DNA from: an uncultured Methanosarcinales archaeon
GTDB lineage: Archaea; Nanobdellota; Nanobdellia; Woesearchaeales; UBA12501
Length of the DNA stretch: 26,724 nt
Direction: 5' to 3'
Assembly (NCBI GenBank): GCA_964604755.1
Contig: CAZRZZ010000001.1
Span: 1-26,724, forward strand
The notes beneath the pieces were generated by a model that saw only the letters and a list, made by a program, of their open reading frames with translations, searched no databases and was not told the origin of the DNA. Of the stretch, positions 7,546-16,073 are shown one piece after another. Each line of letters opens with the position of its first letter. Within the stretch, counting starts at the first letter, position 1. The translations under genes and the position numbers were made by a program.

Positions 7546-7941
7546 TCATCCCTCCTCAAGTCCTCTCCGCCGGAACGTTTCGGCGATGTCAATGATGTAC
7601 TTACCCTCGCCAATCTTGTAGATAAGAGGATTGTCTGCGTTGAAGAGCTGGACAAGATCAAGCTCAAACTGCCCGGGCTTGACGACGCGGATTGCCTCAA
7701 GATCAAGTATGACGGGAAGCTCCGGATCCGGATTCTCACCGACAAGCTGCAGGACATCTTCTTCGACCTGTCTTTTCTCGTCCAAAGATAGCTTGGCGAA
7801 CTCCTCGCGGACCTTCTTGACCTTCTCAAGCTTATCTTTCTTGACAAAGAAGAAGAGTTTCGCGCCGCAGGTGCATCCCTTGATGATAACATCGGAACCG
7901 TCCTCGAAGAACGCATTGCATCGCACGCATTGATGTGGCAT
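7546..7941 (-). CDS. oapC: Zn-ribbon protein OapC/ArvC (DUF2072 family)
   Basis: MPHQCVRC...KGCTCGAKLFFFV N-terminus, ETIRIL-like EAIRVVKPGQFELDL motif; third gene of the operon. Confidence 0.88.
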   Translation of the reverse strand: MPHQCVRCNAFFEDGSDVIIKGCTCGAKLFFFVKKDKLEKVKKVREEFAKLSLDEKRQVEEDVLQLVGENPDPELPVILDLEAIRVVKPGQFELDLVQLFNADNPLIYKIGEGKYIIDIAETFRRRGLEEG

Positions 7942-7943
7942 GG

Positions 7944-8336
7944 TTACTTCTTTTTCTTTTTTCTCTTGCTGCTCGTCGTGAAGAGCATGACCTTGTTTGG
8001 GTCTTTCTTGATCTCCCGCACGACATTTGCCGGGCCGATGATGGTGAGCCCGACACGATCACCAAGGAGCATGTTTGCGACCCCGTCACGCAGCTTCCTG
8101 AAAAGATCCCCTCTTGTCATGTCCGGATAGATGACGGCGATCTCGATGCCCTTGAACTCGTGGTCGATCTCCTCCATCGTCGTCTTGATGAGCTCCGCCT
8201 CCTCCTCTTTGCGCAAGCGGCCTTCGAGCATGACGATCTTGTCCTCACGGGCAAGGCGCAGGAGCTTCTTGATCCTGCCAAGGCTCGAGAGCCCGTCGAT
8301 TTCGTGATGTGGGATGAACTGTATCGTCAGACTCAT
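7944..8336 (-). CDS. oapB: OapB/ArvB (DUF2073 family)
   Basis: LSSLGRIKKLL...IVMLEGRLRKEEEAELIKTTMEEID...GIEI...GLTIIGPA pattern; located between the small GTPase and the Zn-ribbon gene. Confidence 0.85.
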   Translation of the reverse strand: MSLTIQFIPHHEIDGLSSLGRIKKLLRLAREDKIVMLEGRLRKEEEAELIKTTMEEIDHEFKGIEIAVIYPDMTRGDLFRKLRDGVANMLLGDRVGLTIIGPANVVREIKKDPNKVMLFTTSSKRKKKKK

Positions 8337-8351
8337 GGCGCTCCTCTTTTT

Positions 8352-8984
8352 TTAACCGACAAGCACGAACAGGGCCTCGTAGAACTCGTCCATGTTCGTG
8401 CCTTGTTTTGCACTGATACCGACAACATCATACTGGGGAAAGGCGGCCTCGATCTTCTTCTGGTCCGCCTTCTTAAGGTCTATCTTGTTTGCAACAAGCA
8501 GCACAGGGATGTCTCTTGCCGCAAGGTTGCCGATGATCGTGATGTTAACTTGCGAGTATGGATCTTTTACCGCATCGAGCACGACGATGACGACATCCAT
8601 ATTGCTGATCCACTTAATCGCATCGATGACACCTTTTGTCGCCTCTTTTGCGCGCTGCTTTGCCTGCTTTTCCGTCAACCCTTTCTTGATGAAGTCCTCG
8701 TAGTCAATCTTTGTTGCGATGCCGGGCGTGTCGATAAGATTGAAGAGAATCTCCTTGCTGCCCTTCTTGATGTGGATCTGCTCCTTGATGTGGATTTCCC
8801 GTGTCTCATGCTCGATTGCAGAAACTGCACCCATATCCTCGCCGAGCCAATCCTGACATATGCGGTTCGCAAGCGTCGTCTTTCCCCCATTGGGCGGGCC
8901 ATACAGGCCGATTTTGATCTGCTTGCGCTTCCTGAAAAGATCGCGAAATACCTTGTTGATGAACTGTCGAAGCAACTTGATCAT
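8352..8984 (-). CDS. oapA: Small Era/Ras-like GTPase OapA/ArvA
   Basis: IGLYGPPNGGKTTLANRI (G1), HETR (G2), DTPG (G3), NKID (G4), ISAK (G5); DPYSQVN motif; GGTG SD. Confidence 0.9.
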   Translation of the reverse strand: MIKLLRQFINKVFRDLFRKRKQIKIGLYGPPNGGKTTLANRICQDWLGEDMGAVSAIEHETREIHIKEQIHIKKGSKEILFNLIDTPGIATKIDYEDFIKKGLTEKQAKQRAKEATKGVIDAIKWISNMDVVIVVLDAVKDPYSQVNITIIGNLAARDIPVLLVANKIDLKKADQKKIEAAFPQYDVVGISAKQGTNMDEFYEALFVLVG

Positions 8985-9013
8985 GCAACCACCGCACCTT
9001 CATTGGAGCCCGG

Positions 9014-9080
9014 TTTATTTATATATTTTTTCATGAACGCCCGCCCCCCGCTCCCACGAGAAACGAAGGAATATTTATAT
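9014..9080. promoter_or_regulatory. Divergent promoter region: TATA boxes for oapABC (minus) and for the HTH-PIN pair (plus)
   Basis: TTTATTTATATA at 9014..9025 and ATATTTATAT at 9071..9080, separated by a C-rich tract. Confidence 0.6.
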
Positions 9081-9105
9081 AGTGCTTTTCCTATCACAAG
9101 AGAGG

Positions 9106-9663
9106 ATGGAACGGGAGGTGCGCGAGGACGTCATCAAGAGCCTCGATGAGGCTATCACCCTTCTTGCAAACGAGGATTTTGTCCGGCTAAAGGACGTTTC
9201 CGACCATACAATCCACAATGCAAGCATCTTTCAGGATCAGGATTCTATTTCTATCGCAGTGATCATCTTTGCGATCTTCAAGATCATGGAGCGGTGCCGG
9301 CGCGAGAAAAGCACCATCTGCGCAACAATCCACCTCGTTCTCACCAAAGCGCGCGACGAGCTTGCCTGCGGACGGGAAAAACAGTATCGGGAGATCATCA
9401 AAAGCCTCTTTTCGCTGATCAGCAAGGAGGATGAGCGCCTGCGCCTGTTCATCGAGCACGTCATCGATCAGGCGCAGATCAAGAAGGGGTCCAAGCTCTA
9501 TGAGCACGGAATCTCCATCGCGCAGGCAGCAGAGGTATTGTCGATCAGCCAGTACGAGCTCATGAATTATATTGGAAAGACACGCCTTCCTGAACGCCTT
9601 GATGACCCGACGGGCATCATCGCCCGCCTCGAATTCGCGCGACGGATCTTCAATGTGAGCTGA
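9106..9663 (+). CDS. Helical protein with C-terminal UPF0175-like HTH (antitoxin-like)
   Basis: ATG 9106 follows a GAGAGG SD. C-terminal GISIAQAAEVLSISQYELMNYIG matches the UPF0175 pattern G-IS-x-x-x-AAE-x-x-x-S. About 130 extra N-terminal helical residues. Confidence 0.65.
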   Translation: MEREVREDVIKSLDEAITLLANEDFVRLKDVSDHTIHNASIFQDQDSISIAVIIFAIFKIMERCRREKSTICATIHLVLTKARDELACGREKQYREIIKSLFSLISKEDERLRLFIEHVIDQAQIKKGSKLYEHGISIAQAAEVLSISQYELMNYIGKTRLPERLDDPTGIIARLEFARRIFNVS

Positions 9664-9665
9664 CC

Positions 9666-10373
9666 ATGCCAAAGAACACAAAGTGCATCGTGTTCGACTC
9701 TGGACCGATCATCAGCCTTGTCATGAACAATCTCCTGTGGATTCTCGAAGACCTCGAGCGCATTTATGATGGGGATTTTATTATCACGCCGGCGGTCAAA
9801 AAGGAGCTTGTCGACAAGCCGATTGCAACCAAAAAATTCAAGTTCGAGGCATTGCAGGTCCTCTCGTACATGAAAAAAGACGTGCTCAGGCTCACGGACA
9901 TGGGGCGCATCCGGGATGACGCGCTTAAGCTTCTTGAGTGTGCAAACCACATCTTCAAGGCCAAGGGCAACTGGATCCGCATCGTCTCCTTTGCCGAGAT
10001 GGAGGCGATCGCGTGCGGCATCCACCATGCCGCGGACGCGGTCGTCGTTGACGAGCGCACGACGCGCATGCTGCTTGAGGACTCCAAGAACCTGCTTGAA
10101 TACATGGAAAATAAGCTGCACACGACCATTCAGGTGGACCGGAAAAACCTCCTGCAATTTAAGAAGATGGCGCGTGGGCTTCGCCTCATCCGGTCGACCG
10201 AGCTTGTGCTCATCGCATACGAGCTTGGACTCCTCGATGCGTACCTTCCTGATATCCCTGAATCAAAAAAACAGCTCTTGCAGGCCGCGCTGTGGGGCGT
10301 GAAACTCAATGGATGTGCAGTCTCGCAGGAAGAGATTGACACGATCATTATGGAGGAGCTCAAACGACGATGA
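9666..10373 (+). CDS. PIN-domain ribonuclease, DUF3368/COG2405-like
   Basis: IVFDSGPIISL, ITPAVKKEL, AEMEAI and VVVDERTTR acidic motifs; C-terminal GLRLIRSTELVLIAYELGLL resembles the DUF3368 tail. Confidence 0.8.
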   Translation: MPKNTKCIVFDSGPIISLVMNNLLWILEDLERIYDGDFIITPAVKKELVDKPIATKKFKFEALQVLSYMKKDVLRLTDMGRIRDDALKLLECANHIFKAKGNWIRIVSFAEMEAIACGIHHAADAVVVDERTTRMLLEDSKNLLEYMENKLHTTIQVDRKNLLQFKKMARGLRLIRSTELVLIAYELGLLDAYLPDIPESKKQLLQAALWGVKLNGCAVSQEEIDTIIMEELKRR

Positions 10374-10552
10374 CAAAAGAGATCAGCAAACGAAAGGAAC
10401 GCCTGGCAAAAAAGCATTTCAGGAAGGCAGAGAAGCACCAGCGCATCGCGGAGAAGTACGCGAGAGGGAAGTCACCGCACATGCGACGCATTATCCTCAT
10501 CATCCTGATGGTGCTTGTCGCGCTGTTGCTTTACATCAGATACCTTCGGTAG
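10370..10552 (+). CDS. Small basic protein with C-terminal transmembrane helix (60 aa)
   Basis: ATGA overlap with the PIN gene; Lys/Arg-rich N-terminus, then IILIILMVLVALLLYI. Confidence 0.65.
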   Translation: MTKEISKRKERLAKKHFRKAEKHQRIAEKYARGKSPHMRRIILIILMVLVALLLYIRYLR

Positions 10553-10618
10553 CCGCTAAGGCATGGGCGCCTTGCCGGGGCAAAACATATAAATTCTGCA
10601 GATAGGAGTTTAAAGACG

Positions 10619-11287
10619 ATGAAACGGTACAAGCGCACCGGCCGCCAGCCAAAAGAGCAAGTGCAGAAGAAAAAACGCCTATCGACCAAGATGTGGCTAA
10701 GCATCGGCATCGCCGTCATCATGGCGACGAGTATCATCGGCTTTCTTGCAGGAAACCAGTCGACCCCCGCCCCCAATCAGTTTGAATATAATAACCACAC
10801 GATAACGGGATCGCCGCAAGCATGGCAGGTCGACATCGACGGCGCGACCGCAGCGTTTCAGTTCCTCCCCTCCGACGTTGACGACATTCCCTACCCTTCA
10901 GACATTCCGGGACTCTTGCGAAATGCGCTGGCGTTCTCGATGACCTCCGCGCCTGAAGATAACCTGTCGCTCGCGATCGGCGCCGTCGAGTACGCCCTCT
11001 ACACCCGGATTGGAGGACAGGGCAGGATCGTCCTCTATGCGTTCACGCAGGACAACGCGTTTGGAAAGCCGATCCTCACCTGTGAAAACGCGACGGCATT
11101 CCAGCCAGTCATCCTCTTCGAGCAGGGCAATGAAACCATGATTGCACGGCAAGGCAGCTGCATCATCGCAACGGCCCCGACAGAGTACCACATGCGGCGT
11201 CTTGGCGAGCGCGTCCTTTACACCCACTACAGGATCATCCCTGATGATTATGCCATAGACGAGGGGACAGTCCTGGTGAGCTCATAG
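10619..11287 (+). CDS. Membrane-anchored extracytoplasmic protein, paralog 1
   Basis: Basic N-terminus, TM segment (MWLSIGIAVIMATSIIGFLA), C-terminal TC-x-PVIL-x-GSCII motif; CATATAAAT TATA and AGGAG SD upstream. Confidence 0.8.
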   Translation: MKRYKRTGRQPKEQVQKKKRLSTKMWLSIGIAVIMATSIIGFLAGNQSTPAPNQFEYNNHTITGSPQAWQVDIDGATAAFQFLPSDVDDIPYPSDIPGLLRNALAFSMTSAPEDNLSLAIGAVEYALYTRIGGQGRIVLYAFTQDNAFGKPILTCENATAFQPVILFEQGNETMIARQGSCIIATAPTEYHMRRLGERVLYTHYRIIPDDYAIDEGTVLVSS

Positions 11288-11293
11288 GTGGCC

Positions 11294-12061
11294 ATGATGA
11301 AGGATGCCTCCCACGACCTGCACACTGACATCGAAAAAGAGGAAGAGGCAAAAGAGGGCCTGATACCAAAGGAAGAAGGCCCGCCGGAGAGGACGGACAT
11401 CGTCTTGTACGCCGTCCTTGGCACTATCATCGCGATTCTTCTCGTCCTCGTCTTTGGCTGGCGTCTTGTCTTCCCAACCGAGCCGGCCTACTCGCTTGAC
11501 GAGCTGCATGAGCTCAATCTTGCCGGCGACCTTGATCCGCAACGAGGATATGTATATGAAGGGTTCAGCTTCGTGAATTTTGAGGATAGGTGGTTCACGC
11601 GCTTTATGCGGCCAAACACGACAAAGGTATTCGACGTCGAGCTGCGTTTTGGGCCGCGTGAGGCAGAGAACGTCTCGCTTGTCGGCGACCCCGTACCGTT
11701 TATTAAAGAGAATACCCAGAACGCGACGTACGTCACGTTCGACCCGTTGCAGGAGAACCTCAGCTTCGTCGCGCTCGCGGCGGCGGACGTGACGACAGCG
11801 CTCAACAAGATCTTCTTCATCAGCGCGTACCCCGCATGCACGCAAAACAAGACGGGCACCTGCCACACGCTCCCGACCGTCACGTGCACGGATGGGCTTC
11901 CCGTCATCCTTTTGCGCGATGCGCTAACGCCGTCGGTCGTCGTCAATGGCTCCTGCATCATCGTTGAGGGGAAAAACATGGAGCTCGTGCGAGCAGCGGA
12001 CCGCCTGCTTCTTGAATGGTATGGAGCAGGTCCGCAGGGAGAGGGTGGCTTTGGAGAGTAG
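11294..12061 (+). CDS. Membrane-anchored extracytoplasmic protein, paralog 2
   Basis: Acidic N-terminus, TM segment (IVLYAVLGTIIAILLVLVFGW), same C-terminal TC-x-PVIL-x-GSCII motif; AGGTG SD before ATG 11294/11297. Confidence 0.8.
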   Translation: MMKDASHDLHTDIEKEEEAKEGLIPKEEGPPERTDIVLYAVLGTIIAILLVLVFGWRLVFPTEPAYSLDELHELNLAGDLDPQRGYVYEGFSFVNFEDRWFTRFMRPNTTKVFDVELRFGPREAENVSLVGDPVPFIKENTQNATYVTFDPLQENLSFVALAAADVTTALNKIFFISAYPACTQNKTGTCHTLPTVTCTDGLPVILLRDALTPSVVVNGSCIIVEGKNMELVRAADRLLLEWYGAGPQGEGGFGE

Positions 12062-12124
12062 CGTCTTATTTTGGTTGGCCTCCGGCACGGAAGGTTTATC
12101 AATAAACAGATCATAGGCAAAATA

Positions 12125-12568
12125 ATGGGCAAGTTTATCGAAGCGCATATCAAAATCGCCATGATCATCGGCTGTATCGCGCTTTTTGCTGCAAGCTTCC
12201 TTGTCGGCGGAATCCCAAAAATTTCTGCTCCTTCTGCTCCAAATAGTAACATTCTTGGTTTGAGCACTGCAGGGACAGAAACGTTATCCTACCTATCTTC
12301 TGTTTCATCGCAAATGACGACCTCGCAGCAGATTTTGCTCGTCTTATACCTTATCGCAGCCGTCGTCGTCGCGTATTGCCTTGTAGGGCTCATCGACTCC
12401 GGCATCTCCTACCTGCACGACCCGGACCTGCACCGCATCAAGTCCTACCTGCGCAAGGGCGCTTATCATGGCTATGCGCCACAGCAGATCATAAGGCGCC
12501 TCAAAGAGCAGGAATGGGATCAGGAAAAAGTCGCGAAAGCAGCAAAAGAAGTATTTGCAAAGGCATAG
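12125..12568 (+). CDS. Two-TM membrane protein with C-terminal helical domain
   Basis: ATG 12125 about 25-30 nt after GGTTTATCAAT. Two hydrophobic segments flank a Ser-rich loop; the C-terminal YLRKG...GY..QQI...LKEQEW motif resembles a domain common in Woesearchaeota (recalled, not searched). Confidence 0.7.
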   Translation: MGKFIEAHIKIAMIIGCIALFAASFLVGGIPKISAPSAPNSNILGLSTAGTETLSYLSSVSSQMTTSQQILLVLYLIAAVVVAYCLVGLIDSGISYLHDPDLHRIKSYLRKGAYHGYAPQQIIRRLKEQEWDQEKVAKAAKEVFAKA

Positions 12569-12622
12569 TGCAAAAAACTGCCGAAATCTTTATTAATCGT
12601 TTTTCGTGCCCCAAACGATCCC

Positions 12623-15082
12623 ATGGCCAAGCAAAAACCAGGTGAATCTGCTCTCAAGCACTATAATCCAGGTGTCGAAGAGCCCCGCCTGCAAAAGTTC
12701 TGGGAAGGGCTTGGCATTTGTACATTCACATACGACCCGGGAAAACAGACCTATTCGATCGACACGCCGCCGCCGACGGTGAGCGGGCGCATGCATATCG
12801 GCCATGCATTCTCCTACGCGCAAGGGGATTTTGTTGCAAGGTTCCACCGCATGCGCGGGCGCAACGTGTTCTATCCGTTCGGTACAGATGACAATGGCCT
12901 TCCCACCGAGAGGCTCATCGAAAAAAAGCACAATGTGCGCGCCCAGTACATGGACCGCGACGAGTTTATCAAACTCTGCAATGAAACACTTCGGGAGATC
13001 AAGCCAGAGTTTGTCTCCGACTGGAAGCGTCTTGCGATCTCCTGCGATTTTGAGAATAGCTACTCTACAATCGATCCGCACTGCATCGCGACAAGCCAGA
13101 AGAGCTTCATCGACCTCTACAAGAAGGGCCGCATCTACCAGGAGGATGCGCCCGTGTCGTGGTGCACGCAGTGCCAGACAGCGATTGCCCAGGCCGAGTT
13201 CGAAAACATCGAGATGGCAAGCCACTTCAACGATATTATCTTCAAGGTTGGAGGAAAGGAGCTCGTCATCGCCACGACGCGCCCGGAGCTTCTGTGCGCA
13301 TGCGTCGCGATCATCGCTCACCCCTCCGATAAGAGATACAAGGGGCTCATCGGCAAGTTCGCGACGGTCCCGCTCTTTGGGCATGAAGTTCCGATCATCG
13401 CCGACGAAAAGGCGGATCCGGAGAAGGGAACAGGCATCGTGATGTGCTGCACGTTTGGAGACAAGACGGACATCGAATGGTGGCGCACGCATGACCTTGC
13501 ACTGAAAATCGCAATTGAACGCAACGGAAAGATGAACGGGCGAGCCGGAAAATATGAAGGCATGAGCGTCAAGGAATGCCGAAAAGCAATTATAGAGGAC
13601 CTCAAAGAGGCTGGACTTCTTCTCAAACAAGAGCCGATCTTGCATGCCGTGAACGTGCATGAACGCTGCGGCACCGATATCGAATTTCTCAAGACAAAGC
13701 AATGGTTCATCAAAGTGCTTGACAAGAAGCAGGAGCTCATCGACGCGGCGGACAGGATCACATGGTATCCTGAACACATGAAGGTGCGATACGTGCATTG
13801 GGTTGAGAATCTCAACTGGGACTGGTGCATCAGCAGGCAACGCTTCTTTGGCGTCCCGTTTCCCGTCTGGCATTGCAAGAGGTGCGGCATGGTCACCCTT
13901 GCTGACGAGGAGAGCCTGCCCGTCGATCCGATCAAGGATAAACCGCGCCAGCCGTGCGGGTGCGGATCAAAAGAGCTCGAGCCGGAGACCGACGTGATGG
14001 ACACATGGGCCACAAGCTCAGTGACACCGCAGATCGCGCTTGACTGGGTAAGACAGCAAGACCGGTTCTTGGATATGTTTCCAATGACGGTGCGCTTCCA
14101 GGCGCACGACATCATCCGCACATGGGCATTTTATACAATCGTCAAAGCGATCTTCAACAACAACGACGTCCCTTGGAAGAACATCATGATTGCAGGGCAT
14201 GCGCTCGACCCGAAAGGCAAGAAGATGTCCAAGTCGAAGGGAAATGTCGTCGATCCAAACAAGATGATGGATTTGTACTGTGCGGACGCGCTTCGGTATT
14301 GGGCGGCGACAAGCAATCTTGGCGATGACCTGCCGTTCCAGGAGAAGGAACTCACCGCGGGGATGAAGACGATCACGAAACTCTGGAACGCGTCGCGCTT
14401 CTGCGCGATGCACCTGCAGGACTTCGACGGCAAACGACCAATCGGACTACACCCGACAGACAAGTGGGTGCTTTCCCGTCTGCACCGCATCATCAAGCGG
14501 TCTACGGACACGTTCGAAGCGTATGAGTATTCAAAGACGAAGCTTGAGGTTGATAAGTTCTTCTGGCACGTGTTCTGCGACCAATACCTTGAGCTCGTCA
14601 AGGGACGCTTATACGCACCGGAAGATTTTGGCGGTTTGGATGCACGCCGGTCCGCGCAGTATGCGCTCTCCGCGACGCTCCTGTCGATCCTCAAGCTTTT
14701 TGCTCCACTCCTCCCCCACATCTGTGAAGCGGTGTTCCAGGAGTACTTCGCAAAGACGCAGGGAGAAGAGAGCGTCCATCTTTCACCATGGCCGGAGTAC
14801 GATGAGCGCTTCATCGACGAGACGGCGCAAAAGTATGGGGATATTGTCGTCGAGATCGTGAATCTCGTGCGCAAGGCAAAAAGCGAGCGCTCATTGAGCC
14901 TTAACGCACCGGTCAATGTGATCGTCATCTCCTGCTCTGATGAGGATTGGCATGGGCTCTCCGGGCATCTGGACGACCTTCAGGCCGTCACGAAAGCAAA
15001 AACGGTCGTGCAAGGGGATGCCGACCAGAAATGCGAGAGTTTCGACGTGAAGGTCCGCATAGAGCTTTCAGGGCAGGAATAG
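12623..15082 (+). CDS. valS: Valyl-tRNA synthetase (archaeal type)
   Basis: IDTPPPTVSG, HIGH, GTDDNG, GTGIVM, WDWCISRQR, DTWATSS, KMSKSKGN; 819 aa; CGAAA BRE + TTTATTAA upstream. Confidence 0.97.
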   Translation: MAKQKPGESALKHYNPGVEEPRLQKFWEGLGICTFTYDPGKQTYSIDTPPPTVSGRMHIGHAFSYAQGDFVARFHRMRGRNVFYPFGTDDNGLPTERLIEKKHNVRAQYMDRDEFIKLCNETLREIKPEFVSDWKRLAISCDFENSYSTIDPHCIATSQKSFIDLYKKGRIYQEDAPVSWCTQCQTAIAQAEFENIEMASHFNDIIFKVGGKELVIATTRPELLCACVAIIAHPSDKRYKGLIGKFATVPLFGHEVPIIADEKADPEKGTGIVMCCTFGDKTDIEWWRTHDLALKIAIERNGKMNGRAGKYEGMSVKECRKAIIEDLKEAGLLLKQEPILHAVNVHERCGTDIEFLKTKQWFIKVLDKKQELIDAADRITWYPEHMKVRYVHWVENLNWDWCISRQRFFGVPFPVWHCKRCGMVTLADEESLPVDPIKDKPRQPCGCGSKELEPETDVMDTWATSSVTPQIALDWVRQQDRFLDMFPMTVRFQAHDIIRTWAFYTIVKAIFNNNDVPWKNIMIAGHALDPKGKKMSKSKGNVVDPNKMMDLYCADALRYWAATSNLGDDLPFQEKELTAGMKTITKLWNASRFCAMHLQDFDGKRPIGLHPTDKWVLSRLHRIIKRSTDTFEAYEYSKTKLEVDKFFWHVFCDQYLELVKGRLYAPEDFGGLDARRSAQYALSATLLSILKLFAPLLPHICEAVFQEYFAKTQGEESVHLSPWPEYDERFIDETAQKYGDIVVEIVNLVRKAKSERSLSLNAPVNVIVISCSDEDWHGLSGHLDDLQAVTKAKTVVQGDADQKCESFDVKVRIELSGQE

Positions 15083-15163
15083 CTCCAATCCGGCTTGAAG
15101 CCATCGCAACGGATTTATATATGCATTCATTTCTATGAGGAATTACTCAAACGAGGTATCTCC

Positions 15164-16055
15164 ATGACGATCAGATCTCAACTAAAGACGATAAAAGAGA
15201 ATTGGCTCATCGCCGGGCTTGTCGTGCTCCTTGTGCTGATAGCACTCCTCTCCGATGGGGGGGGTGCCGCAGATGCTGCCCTTCAGGTCGACTTCATTCG
15301 GATACGCAGAAGACATGGCATACGCAAAGGGGGCTGCGGCTCCAATGATGGCGGAATCTGCACGCATTATCGTTGATGAAGGTTTTGCTCCAGGCGTGCA
15401 GGAGCGCAAGATCACCAAGACCGCGAGCATGGCGCTGGAAGTTGAGCGAGGGGAATACCAGAACGCAGAGGCAAGGCTCAAGTCCATCGTGACATCGTCT
15501 GACTCCATCCTCCTTGATGAGAATGTCTGGAAACACGGCACGAAGCGAAAGCAGTATCGGTCCGGCCAGTACACGATCCAGGTCCAGACGTCAAAGTACG
15601 ACGCGGTGGTCTCCCAGCTTCGGGAGCTTGGAGAGATTGAATCATTCCAGGAAAATGCGCTTGACGTGACGGAGCGCTACACCAACATCGAGATTGAGAT
15701 CGCAACGGAGACTGAGCGCCTCAAGCGGTATCAGCAAATGTATGAAGAGGCGACCCGGGTTGAGGACAAGATCAACCTCAATGACCGCATCTTTGAGCAG
15801 GAGAGGCGCCTTAAATACCTCAAGGACGAATTGGAGCATATCGATGAGCGCATCGAGTATACGCGCGTGTCTGTTGCGCTCAACGAGAAGAAGTCCGAAT
15901 ATATGGACATCGCATTTGTGAAGCTCTCCGAACTTATCGCAAGCCTTGTTGCCAGCCTCAATAGCCTGCTGCACTTGCTCTTTGTGGCGCTTCCCTACGC
16001 GATTGCGGCGTTGCTTGTATGGGCAGGGGTGCGATTCGTCAGGAGAAGAAGATAA
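15164..16055 (+). pseudogene. DUF4349-family membrane protein split by a frameshift in a G8 tract (15257..15264)
   Basis: ATG 15164 has a GAGGT SD and TTTATATA upstream and encodes an N-terminal TM, then runs out of frame to TGA 15376. The DUF4349-like body (RKITKTASMALEV...DVTERYTN...) is in the frame of 15255..16055. Removing one G fuses them. Confidence 0.8.
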
Positions 16056-16073
16056 GCAAGCTTTTATTTTTCT

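Noticed and set aside
8985-9105. Replication origin next to oapA, as in haloarchaea
   Set aside because: Only a weak two-mismatch mini-ORB-like 9-mer (TTCATTGGA), no repeated ORBs, no orc1/cdc6; the AT tracts are explained by two TATA boxes.
7935-9149. 404-aa plus-strand ORF, and similar long ORFs (3835..4572, 12593..13873, 16569..17513, 24139..25095, 25111..25923)
   Set aside because: Antisense shadows of well-supported genes (oapAB, adk, valS, cysS, sdhA); no motifs; expected from codon bias in GC-rich coding DNA.
12125-12190. Lipobox-like IIGC as an Lgt substrate
   Set aside because: The hydrophobic stretch before the Cys is too short and continues after it, so this is more likely a plain TM helix.
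15095-15376. 93-aa ORF and the 266-aa ORF at 15255 as two separate genes
   Set aside because: They are the two halves of one DUF4349 gene separated by the G8 frameshift.
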